Origin: Blastocladiella emersonii ATCC 22665
Taxonomy: Eukaryota > Fungi > Blastocladiomycota
Assembly: GCA_025594325.1 (NCBI GenBank)
Contig: JANHCV010000002.1
Span: 1,736,001 to 1,800,000 of the forward strand
DNA length: 64,000 nt
Direction of reading: 5' to 3'
Positions 32,956-42,644 of this stretch are shown one piece after another. Under the pieces are notes generated by a model, which saw only the letters and a program-made list of their open reading frames with translations, was not told where the DNA came from and did no database searches. Numbering within the stretch: position 1 is the stretch's first letter; each line of letters begins with the position of its first letter. The position numbers and the translations under genes are program-made.

Positions 32956-34834
32956 TGTCACGGTTCAGTGATCCGACGGCTCGGGCTGGTGGCGCGGGCT
33001 GGTGGCGCAGTCCCTCATAAGCCGAGCGTTGCCCTCGCTCTCCCTCTCTCTTGTCATTCGTGATACAATCCTTCATTATCCGGCTAGTCATTCCTCGTGG
33101 CACAAGACTCTCCCCCTCGGCACCTTACACAGCCTTTGCCATGACGGTCCACGGGGTTCAAGGCGTGACCAAGAACGCCATCGCCCTGGCAGATCCGCTT
33201 CCCACGGGCATGGAGCGTCTCATCAGCGGCGCTTCCCTGTACGTGGCGTTATCGCGGCTTTGTCGCTCAAAGTACCTGTGGGTGCTTCAGCCGATCCCAA
33301 GAGCCGTGCTCAAGTCCATGAAGCCGGATCCACTCGCAGTGGCCGAGGACAAGCGGCTCCAGATGCTCGATGAGCTGACCAAGACCGCTTTCGATCAAGG
33401 TACAGCCATTGTGCCAGGCGACCCGCGCATCGCCAAGCTCTTCGACGACGCGATTCCCTTCTCAGGCCAGCACGCGGCTGATAAGCTAGTCGCCAAGCGC
33501 GCGTCAGATGCTCTCAACGCAAGGTTTCGGCGATTGGCCAACAAACGTGCTGGAGGCGAGGATGGCTCACAGAACGCCAAGAAACAGAAAACACAGTAGA
33601 GTATTAACGTAGTGTATTCCATCATCCAATCCATCAATAGCACGATTTCCATAGCTCGATCACCTAAATCTCCTGTGCGGGATGCACGCGACAGCACCTC
33701 CACCACTCGTGCACCATACGTGGCGGGGGCTTTAGCCCTCGATTGAAAACCAAACGCGAAGCGTTTAGGTGCCTCAAGTATAATGCTGGGCTCAACCCCA
33801 GTGGTCTTCCCGAAAAAATGAAGCCCACGTGACCTGAACTTTTTCACGGTCACCCCTCTCAGCAACCGATCACTTGACCCCACCTGAGGCTCGATTTCCA
33901 CCTCGCCTGACCGTGAAGTCGTTGAGCACGGGCCGCGCGTTGCTCATATCCATCTTATAGAAAACCCGGTCGTTCCTAAACATGAAGCAACGCTGACGCA
34001 GTCTAATGAAGAACACCGGGACGCGGCAAGGCGCGCGAAGCGCGCAGAATGAACTGAAGCTCGGGTCGCTGATGGCAAGACGGCGGCTCGTGTGTGGCAC
34101 CAGCGCTGGGGGAGCAACTGCTTGTCGGCACGAGTGCTGCCATCGCTGGACGTCTCCGTTGTTCCTGAGCTTGAGCGACTGAGAGCTGTCGATGGGAAGG
34201 ATGAACCTTGACGTGAGTTGCTGCGCGCACCGCCTGTCGATACACGCTCTTCGCACCGGCTACTACCCGCATGTGAGTCTAACTGCTTGCCTCGCAGAAG
34301 TGCTGCGAGTTCCATGCGTGGCTGAAGGATCGCTTGCACTTGGGCTTGTGAAGCAGAGGCGGAGGGCCGCGACGATCATGCTCGGCAGCCGCCAACACCC
34401 GCCTGGTCACTCGAGCGGGGTGTGATCGTGATTTCGTCGCCTCTCCTGCGGGGCGCAACGCCGATCAGCGTGCTCGTCGCGCCGCGCGGAGTTTCGCGGG
34501 CCTGCTGCCCCTGATCGCCACCGCGAACCTGGCCGAGTCCTTCCCGCCCCCGCTGCCCACGCTCGAGCAGACGGACCAGCTGGTCCGCGAAGCGGAATAG
34601 CGGTTTCGCGTCGATTCTGACGGCCATGTGGTGGGACTCGTCACCAGTTGCTTGTGTGGGGCTCCGACGCGGCACACGCCTGTCTCGAGCAGCTGGAAGC
34701 GTGCTACGGCATTTGGTCGCGGTCGGCGGTTTGCTAGGCTCGCCGGCTCTTGCCTCGCGTTCCGCGCCATGGACGGCGTGCCCGCCGTCGCCATCTTGAA
34801 GAAGGCGCTAGTTTTCCCCCAAAAAGGCGCTTGG

Positions 34835-34878
34835 GAAGCACCCAACTCAGTGCAGAAGCACCCAACTCAGTGCAGAAG
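34835..34878. repeat. 20-bp tandem duplication GAAGCACCCAACTCAGTGCA x2
   Basis: Exact adjacent duplication, visible in the sequence. Confidence 0.85.
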
Positions 34879-35459
34879 TCGCCCATGGTCGCGATCGTGG
34901 ACGGTGTTCGCGTCAGGCTCGCCCTGGATGACGACGCAACGTCGCTCAAACTCATCGCCATCGCACTCGAGCAGACGCGCGGCAATTTCGGGGTCAACCG
35001 CAACGGGCGCAACGCGGTCCCCCGCTCCAACTTCCCGCATTGTAACGGCGAGCAGACCATCGCGGCCGCGTTGATCTCTGTGAACGTGACCGAATCGGGA
35101 GCCTTACAGGCCATCGTCGCTGGTCTCTTCACGCCGCTGAGCTTTTGCTGCGCACGCGCTACCCTTGCAACGCGTTCAGGATTCGTGAGCTTGTCGTCTT
35201 CGCAGCCATGTCACGCTGTCCAGCGTCACTACGCTTCACTTGGTAAACCGACGCGCTGAGCACGTTATACTTGCTCTGCTTGCTGTCACGCGACGCGCGT
35301 GAAGCTCGACCCACGCGCGCGCGCGCCGCTGATCTCCGCGTGATCCCCAACGCTGCGGACACGGCCGTCCGCGCCCGACCGCCGCCGGTGACTCGCCGCC
35401 CATTTCCCTGTCGCCCTCAAAAGGCGGCCGCACCCCCGCCGCGGACGTGAGCTCTCTTT

Positions 35460-35582
35460 AAGCTCACGTTCCGTTATCACTAGGTTAGTGCGGCCCCTTT
35501 ACCTTTCCTTTCCCTCTTGTTTCCCCCTCGTTTTGTTCCCCTCATTCCTCTGTAATCGAAGCTCACGTTCCGTTATCACTAG
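35460..35582. repeat. 24-bp direct repeat AAGCTCACGTTCCGTTATCACTAG at 35460-35483 and 35559-35582, flanking a pyrimidine-rich spacer
   Basis: Two exact copies 99 bp apart. Confidence 0.85.
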
Positions 35583-35747
35583 TTGTACCGGTCTACGTAC
35601 ACGGGCTTCCTGCCTAGAACGCCGTTCCCCCCACGGCGCTCTTTATTGCTCAATATGATCGCTTCTCTGATCCCTCACTAATCGCGCGTATTTCTTTCCA
35701 ACTACGACACCGCAGAGTATGTATCTTTCATTGACGCGCTGAAGGGC

Positions 35748-35797
35748 TGAGTTGAGTTGAGTTGAGGTTGAGTTGAGGTTGAGTTGAGGTTGAGTTG
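35748..35797. repeat. Compound microsatellite (TGAGT/TGAGGT)n
   Basis: tgagttgagttgagttgaggttgagttgaggttgagttgaggttgagttg. Confidence 0.85.
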
Positions 35798-36561
35798 GGT
35801 GGGGGAGAGGGTGGGGGAGGGTGGGGTTGAAAGCCCAGCACGGAGGGGAGCAGTTCCTAACGCTACCGGTCGCCAATTGCTTTCAACTTGACTCTCTCGC
35901 CCGTTCTCCGCGATCGGGAAGCGGCTCATGTCGGCCGCCCCTAGAGCGGGCAAAGACGCGTCGCGAAATGGCGTGACCGGCGCCAGTGGCTGAAACGCGA
36001 GCCGCGAGACACTTTCCCTCCCTCCCGCTTCGCCCACGCTCCCACATCCCACGCGTCCCTGCCGACGCGGATGCAAGCAAATGGAAGCCAACTGGATGCA
36101 ATGCGCAGCGCGCCACAACGGCCACGCGAAGCTCCGCGAAAGCGGACCCTGCCTTCGCGTCGGCACCCCGATGGCCGCGAGCGCGACTGGATCTAGCGCA
36201 GCGGCTCGAGCGGGCCTCGAGATTGCACCGCGTGTCCCTGCCGCCCCTTCGGGAAGGTAGAGTCTAACTCCATACGCCAGCTGGCGCACGGAGCTAGACT
36301 CCGGATGGCGAGGGAGCCAAGTTGCGCGCGTGGCCGCGATCAGGATCGCTCCGCTGCCGCACCGAAACTGGAGCTGCCCGCTAGATCACTCGGCAGCGCG
36401 TCCCTTCCATTGACGTGACGCCGGCGGGATCCACTCTCGATCAGCAACGGAGCCAGGCTGCGCCCCGCGTCCTTCTCGCCGCCTTCCTCGCTGGATCTCG
36501 AGCTGCACGACCGCCGCTGCTCGCTGCTCGCCCTCTCCGCCCTCACCGTCCCCGGCCCGCC

Positions 36562-36569
36562 CATAAATA
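36562..36569 (+). promoter_or_regulatory. TATA-like box upstream of the Tyr/Gly/Asp repeat gene
   Basis: CATAAATA embedded in GC-rich DNA about 150 bp before a ttcaccATG start, followed by a CT-rich leader. Confidence 0.45.
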
Positions 36570-36715
36570 CCGGCCGCCGCCCCGCATCCCTCCCTCTCGA
36601 TTCGACAGCGAGTACCTCCCAGTCCTCTCTCCCCTTGCACCCTTGCACACCTCCGCCTGCGCCTTCGGTCGCACAGCCTCCCCTCCTCTCCCCACCACCC
36701 ACCCCCTCCTTCACC

Positions 36716-37213
36716 ATGACTGGCTACGGCTACGGCGACGACTCGTACGGCAGCTACGACTCGGGCTACTACGGTGACGACTTGTACGGCAGCTACGACT
36801 CGGGCTACTACGGCGACGACTCGAAGGGCTACGACTCGGGCTATTACGGCGACGACTCGTACGGCTACGACTCTGGGTACTACGGCGACGACTCGAAGGG
36901 TTACGACTCGGGCTGCTACGGCGACGACTCGTACGGCTCCTACGACTCGGGCTACTACGGTGACGACTCGTACGGTGGCTACGACTCGGGCTACTACGGC
37001 GACGATTCGTACGGCGGCTACGACTCCGGGTACTACGGCGACGACTCCAAGGGCTATGACTCGGGCTACTACGGCGACGACTCGGGCTACGGTGGCTACG
37101 ATTCCGGGTACTACGGAGATGACTCTGGTTACGGTGGCTACGACTCCGGCTACTACGGCAACGATTCGTACGGCAGCTACGACTCGGGCTACTACGGCGA
37201 CGGCTGCTGCTAA
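36716..37213 (+). CDS. 165-aa Tyr/Gly/Asp/Ser tandem-repeat protein (12 x YGDDS-x1-3-GYDSGY) ending in GCC*
   Basis: Intact ORF, good Kozak context, and repeats differing mostly at synonymous positions. No signal peptide. Confidence 0.85.
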   Translation: MTGYGYGDDSYGSYDSGYYGDDLYGSYDSGYYGDDSKGYDSGYYGDDSYGYDSGYYGDDSKGYDSGCYGDDSYGSYDSGYYGDDSYGGYDSGYYGDDSYGGYDSGYYGDDSKGYDSGYYGDDSGYGGYDSGYYGDDSGYGGYDSGYYGNDSYGSYDSGYYGDGCC

Positions 37214-37399
37214 GCCGCTCCCTTTGCTCTTCCGCTCCTTGTTCGTTTGTCGATTCTCCCTCCCCTCTCGTTGTTCTCTTGCCCTCTCGCCCTAGCTCCT
37301 GTCGCCTATCGCCGCCTGTCGGTAATATAGCTGCGGTTGAGTCTTCTTCATCTCGTTTCTCTCGCGTTTGTGCTAGAGTTAGTTGGTTGATAGGCGTTG

Positions 37400-38354
37400 T
37401 TGAGTCGCTTGAGCTTGCCCAGAATCGCGATTGCAGCCCTTGTCTCGGCCACGGTCATGCTTGTTTCCGACTTTGCGTCCCGGTCGTTTTTTTTTTTAAC
37501 GCGAGTTTGGTTTGAGAGCCTCGAAGCGCGACGTTCGCGGCCTCATCTCGTTGACGCGAGTCGAGCGTCTGCTCTCTCAGCCCGGTCTTGGCTCGGGATT
37601 GCTCTTGCTCATCCTTTCTCGCGCGTAACGCGCATCTCGCTTGTCAATTGCAACATGACTCTCGCTCGCGTCCACATGCTCCGCCTCCCCAACTCTGACT
37701 CTGTCTTGCACCTGGACCTGTCTGATAACCCGCTGGGCGAAACGGGCGTACGGGAGGCCGATCCCAAGGGCCCAGAGCCGATCCGACAAAACAAGCGGTG
37801 CGTCCGCGAGGGCAACACTGCCAACTGCGACGGCTCGTGCTATCCGAACTTGTCAGCCCGCCAGCGCCACGAGCAGCAAATTGACGCGCAACTCGCGTTG
37901 AATGACAATACCAGCTACGGTCTTGGGAACTGGCTCCCTCCCGCTCTCATCAGCCATCGACATGATCAGCATGTGTTTCGAGCGCGCGTTCCACTACCTT
38001 GTTGCGCATCTTCCGCCTCAACTCGAGTTGCTGGACATTTCGCGCTGGATTCTCAAACGTCGAGGTTTGTGGGCGCTCACGCAGCACGAACTTCCGCAGT
38101 CTTTGACTCAAGTGACAATTTTTGTTCGGTATGACGACGACAATGCCTTCATGCTTGCTCTTGTTCACAAGCTTCCCATGGCGCTCCACGTTGTCAACCG
38201 CCACGATCCGACATTTGAATGGATTGGTACGGGCGGCCTGGCTGGTCCCGAATGGGCTTTTGGTGACGACACAGCAGATGACGCCGACGACCAATATGGT
38301 GGTGAGCATTACGGTTTAGAGTACTGGGAGATCGAGGAGCTTGAACAGCTCTAG
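37400..38354 (+). pseudogene. Degenerate RNI-like LRR gene fragment
   Basis: LRR-like segments (VTRISLVNCNM, VLHLDLSDNPLG, LPPQLELLDISR, LPQSLTQVTI) are split across two frames, with lower GC than host genes. Confidence 0.5.
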
Positions 38355-38440
38355 TGCACGAAGCGTTAAGCATTTGTTATGTCTCAAAGTTTGAATTTAA
38401 TTCACATGGTTGACCTCTTTCTGATCGGATCATTTTTGAG

Positions 38441-39282
38441 GAGATCGGCTAACTCCCGGAATGTCGCGCCGTTCCGCACAGGGCCGCCCTGAGGCGAGTT
38501 GGAGAACTGGATTCGTGCGACCCACATGTCAAACGCGTCGTCAACGTCACGCGTGTGGCGCGATGCGACGCGATGTGAAGCCGGTTCCACCAATTCCCTT
38601 GATCATCCGCCCACACGTTGAACGCAACTCTCTTCGAATACTGTCGATCCCGTCGATTTAATCAAAGAAAGGGCGATAAGAGCGATCTCGTGGGGCAGAA
38701 ACGCGTCCCGCCGTCCCGCTTCAGGGTCTAGTCGAGTTGATGGTGAACATGGCCGGCCATGAAAACGAGTCGTCGAGGCGGTCAAGGAGAAAAAAGTGTC
38801 CACCACGACCGCGTTATCGCGAGCGGCAGTGGACCTGTCCTGCCTCTGCGCCCAAGCTCAAGTTCGAGTTTGTGCAAGTCGTTGGGCGAGGATTGCAGCA
38901 ACAGCAAGGGGGGCCACGGTGATCGGACCACGCGGCATGAAGCGATGTCGATGCGCGGAAGTGATGGGATGAGCGTTCGAGGTGTTTCAGGGAGGTGAGT
39001 GCGACCACGCTCCGGCCGCCGCGACCAGTCGTCTCTCGTCGAGTCAGCGGAAAATGCGACTTTTGGTAAGTCAAGTATGACGACTAAAATGAGTATATAA
39101 CCGCATTTAGAGGCTATTTGCACGGTCAAGCCACGGTAAGGGTGCGCTGGAGTTACCAGCAGGCCACTGGACCGCTGAGTCCCGGCGCACCCCCGGGTCA
39201 AAAGTATCACATACAAAAAAAAATTCGCATCTAGAAGATGCTTCCACTCAAGAGACAGTGTGTCATCCTTAGTGCAGGGACC

Positions 39283-39313
<31 letters not shown>

Positions 39314-39389
39314 GATTTTGCCCTAAGGCGAAGTACAGGGGGGAGGACGCGTATTTGACCTCAAACGCCGCTCACCGCCGACTCGGTTG
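38441..39389 (-). repeat. Right copy of the inverted segmental duplication
   Basis: Reverse complement of 19445-20376, with an extra 16-nt insertion near 38540. Confidence 0.95.
39215..39329 (-). ncRNA. U6: U6 spliceosomal snRNA, copy 2 (variant ISL loop)
   Basis: Minus strand reads AAAATTGGAACGATACAGAGAAGATTAGCATGGTCCCTGCACTAAGGATGACAC...T9. Confidence 0.97.
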
Positions 39390-39644
39390 ACCGCTCAGAG
39401 AATCATTCTCAAAATGCATGTTGTATTTGGATTTAAGTGTTCAGAATTGGCGTATTAGGGTGAACGTTGTCGCGCGGTCGCACCCGCGTATGCGTGGCGA
39501 TCGTTTCTCGCTATTCTTTCCAAGCGGGATTCATGTCGCTCTACCTCAAATTAAGCGATCTCCTTACTCGCATCGTTTAACACATCTTGTTTCCGGCAAC
39601 TACGGCTAAAGCTCGCAGGTCTATAGACTTCATCACGCCACGCA

Positions 39645-42644
39645 TCACTTGCGCGCCGGCGAGTTCAGTGGCGCGTTGGACACGACTGACATGGCGCGCG
39701 ACTTGGACGAGGTCGGACTCCCACCGCCGCCGTTACCCGATGTGGTGCGCTTGATCATCCCCGTCGTCGCGCCAGGCCCGCCGCCCGCGCCGAGCGCCGA
39801 GCTCAGGATCGCGACCCACTTCTGGTACTCCTCCTCGCCGGGCAGCTGGATCGCCCATGCCTTGCCGCGGGCCGAGACCTCGATACAGTTGCGGAGCCCG
39901 GGCGGCGTGATGTCGATGATGGCGGCCGACAGCCGCACGACGACGCCGAGCTCTGGGTTGGTGTTGGCGGGCAGCATCGACAGCTGGCTGTCGATGACGC
40001 TGAGGATCACGTTGTGGGAGTGCCACGTCGACATGAGCCCGCCCTGCTTCTTGACCGGGTACGTGCTGCGGACGTGCGTCACCTTGCCGTTGACCTCGGC
40101 CACGGCAACCTTGTTCGCGGCCGTTGTTCCGTTCGCGGTGCCGAGCGCCGAGCGCGTCATGGACGCGGTGCCGCCCTCGCTCGTGCAACCCTGGTTGCTG
40201 CCCTGGCCGCCGGCCGAGCCGCCGCCGCCGTTGCGCTTGACCTGCAGGTACACAACGTACACGAGGCGGCCGACCAGCGCGGTGAAGGTGAACGTCGTCG
40301 CGTAGATGATGACGACCTGCTTGACGACAAAGGCGGCGAGCGTCGAGTCGCCGAACGAGAAGAAGGCGAAGAGCGCGACCACGATGCCGGACAGGAACAT
40401 GTTCTGCAAGGACGAACTTGAGGGTCAGTGCTCCCGTTTGCGCGACACGAGTAGTGAGTGAGCTCACGCACCTGGCTGACGTAGAAGAGCCAGATACTCT
40501 CGCGGAACCCGCTCGCGACGTTGCGCGTCTTGTACGCGAGGATCGTGAGCACGCAGAGGAGCAGGATGTTGTAGGCCAGCGTCGCGCCCGACAGGCCCAT
40601 GTTGAACGTGGGGCTGGCGCTCTGGCACACATAATAATAATAGGTGCGCGACGAGACGATCTGGGCGAGCTGTGGGCCGGCGCCCGACCACACGACGAGC
40701 AGGATCGTCTGGATCAGCATGACCACGGCGACGCCCGACAGCAGCGACTTGTTGCCGACGCGCGAGACGCTAATCATGGCCTTATTGTCGAAGATGCTCC
40801 AGATCTACATGCAGAGCCGCGGTCCGGGTCAGTCGTGCACGTAACTCGAGTTGTCAGAGTAAGCGGTATCACGTACGCGATAGGCCTTGGCCGCGCTACT
40901 CGCCAGGACGAGCTGGACGCCGTACGTGAAGAACCAGAGAGAGACCTGGCACGAACCGCTGGTCGGCTCGCCGAGTGCCGCGAGGTTGCTGGCGAGAACG
41001 AGCGCGCAGCCGACGCAGATGAGTGTGAGGAAGGGGAAGGAGAGGTTCTTGACGGCCGGGATCGTCCGGTGGACGTAGAGGTACGCGTTGGACGCGAGAA
41101 TCAGGGCGAGCAGGAGCGCGTTGGCGATGGCCAGACCGATACCCGAGGACTGGTTCCAGCGCGCGAACAGCGGGACCTGTTCGGGCCGGTCGCGCGGGAT
41201 CTCGGACGTGCCCGAGTAGAACTTGGGCGGCGCCTTGGCCACGACCGACATGTCCGGGTTCACCTCGTACACGAGCGTGCGCTCCGATTTGAAGAAATTG
41301 AAGACCGAGAAGTAGGCGAGACGGTTGCCCTTGTCGTCGAACTTGACCGTGCCCGACACGCCCTCGAATGGGACCAGAAAGTGCTTGGTCATGTTGGGCT
41401 GGTAGTTGCCCGACAGGAAGCTGTTGAGCCCGACGTCCGCGACCGCCTACACGCGAGTTTGGGTTAGCTCGAGGACGACCGTTCGCGCAAGCTCGGAGGC
41501 ATACACGCAGAATGCCCTGCGCAAGCGTCGTGACGCAATCCTGGAAGAGGAACGAGTAGGTCGCGACCGAGACGCCTGGGTACGCCGCGTTCCAGCGCGC
41601 GAGCGCCGTGTTGTAGAGCGCGTTGAAGCTGTCCTCGCGCGGCATCACGTACATGAACCCGTTGACGTTCTCGTTGTCGGCTGCCGAGAGGCCCATGTCG
41701 GCGTACAGCGACCATGCCTCGGGGCCTAGCCACACCGTGTCGGGGCCGACCATGCCGAAGAGCTTGGCCTGGCGGAGCAGGTTCACGCCGTCGTCGGGGA
41801 GCATGGCGGCGATGATGATCTGCGAGCCGCCGGCGAGGATCGCCTTGAGGACGCCCGTGAAGTCGGTCTGGCCGGGCTGGAAGACCTGGCTCGCCGTGAT
41901 GGTGATGCCGAGCGCGGGCGCGCGCGTGAGGAAGGTGCCCGAGACTACACGGACCGAGCAGGGTGTGAGTCGGGTACTCGCGAACGCGCGCCACGATTCC
42001 ACGCGTACCCGACTGCCCGTACGAATCAGAGCTGGCAATCACGGACGCCGACGACCAGCCCATGGACTTGACAAAATGCGCGAGAATCTCGCCCTGCGCC
42101 GGGTCCGTCGCCATGGTGCGCATGAAGTACGGGTAGTTGGCCTTGTCCGAGAGCGTACCGGAACTCGCCGAGCCACTGCACATCCACGTCTTGGTGCGCG
42201 TTCCCGCGAGCGACGACGGGATCGTGTGCGACGACGCGTAGTCGCCGACCACGGCCGAGACACCCTTGTCGACGACGGCGTTGAGCATGGCCTGCGTGGC
42301 CGTCATGGCCGAGTAGTTGGTCGGCGTGAAGACGAGCGAAAAGTCATGGGTGCGCGTCGGGTCGATGGTCGCGAGATCCGGAATCCCGAGCTTGAGGAAG
42401 TTGACGATCCCCGTCATGGACGACCCGAGCGAGGCCGTCGTGTAAGGCAAGTTGACGCCAATCTACACATGCACACGCGCGCGAGCGGGACGCACGCGTC
42501 AGCCCGCGTCAGGGCGCGCCACGCGGTGAGGCACACGTGTACTTTGAACGTGTATGGCGTCGTCGGCGCGATCATGCATAACATGCACGCGAGCAAGCAC
42601 GTCGCCCAGACGGGCCAGTGCGACCCGCAGCGGCGTGATTCCAT
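39645..42644 (-). CDS. Class C (GABA-B/glutamate-like) GPCR: signal peptide, Venus-flytrap domain, 7TM_3 and a C-terminal PH-like domain; paralog A
   Basis: Signal peptide MESRRC...TTPYTFK|IGVNLP. VFT motifs (AVVGDYASS, LSDKANYPYFMRT, GVSGTVKFDDKGNR). 7TM_3 motifs (SFPFLTLICVG, AKAYR|IWSIFDN, LAYKTRNVASGFRES). Five GT-AG introns. Confidence 0.92.

Larger units (their letters stand above)
27839..33129 (+). mobile_element. Full-length Ty3/gypsy chromovirus (Tf1/sushi-like) LTR retrotransposon
   Basis: 174-bp LTRs (27839-28012 and 32956-33129, TG...CA, 3 differences), 5-bp TSD CAGCC, polypurine tract at 32936-32955, and intact gag and pol. Confidence 0.98.
24290..33599 (+). pseudogene. Helitron RepHel pseudogene (Rep C-terminal part plus PIF1/SF1B helicase), interrupted
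   Basis: Rep motif-3 region HSNMDARF...FYATKYSTK, DYIFRPAELE, F..HPL...VP..G..LP. Helicase motifs TSSGGTGKS, TGIAAANIG, NEFSM, GDHLQLPPV, QYPMVPA|FAMTVHGVQG and YVALSR. At least four frameshifts (about 25750, 26140, 26690, 26890). Removing both LTR insertions restores the frame. Confidence 0.92.
21534..33770 (+). mobile_element. Decayed Helitron2/Helentron-type (HLE2) rolling-circle element with nested LTR insertions; boundaries inferred
   Basis: Perfect 16-bp inverted pair TCGAGGGCTAAAGCCC (21534-21549) and GGGCTTTAGCCCTCGA (33727-33742), followed by hairpin AAACGC-GAA-GCGTTT (33752-33766). These enclose Rep and PIF1-helicase coding remnants. Confidence 0.7.

Noticed and set aside
33870-35260. 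Short ORFs right of the Helitron (e.g. 34376-34675 -, 34750-35259 +)
   Set aside because: Only patchy coding-like composition, with no motif or splice structure I can support. They may be very old pseudogene debris.
35748-35797. Interstitial telomere
   Set aside because: The units are TTGAG/TTGAGG rather than TTAGGG, and the tract is only about 50 bp.
36720-37205. CRISPR-like or purely non-coding satellite reading of the 36-42 bp repeats
   Set aside because: Unit lengths are all multiples of 3, there are no unique spacers or cas genes, variation is largely synonymous, and the context is eukaryotic.
19445-39389. Giant DNA transposon (Polinton/Starship-type) with the U6 repeats as TIRs
   Set aside because: No target-site duplication is visible (left flank TTACACCCA, right flank ACCGCTCAG), and there is no DDE transposase, polB or tyrosine recombinase inside other than the nested gypsy integrase.
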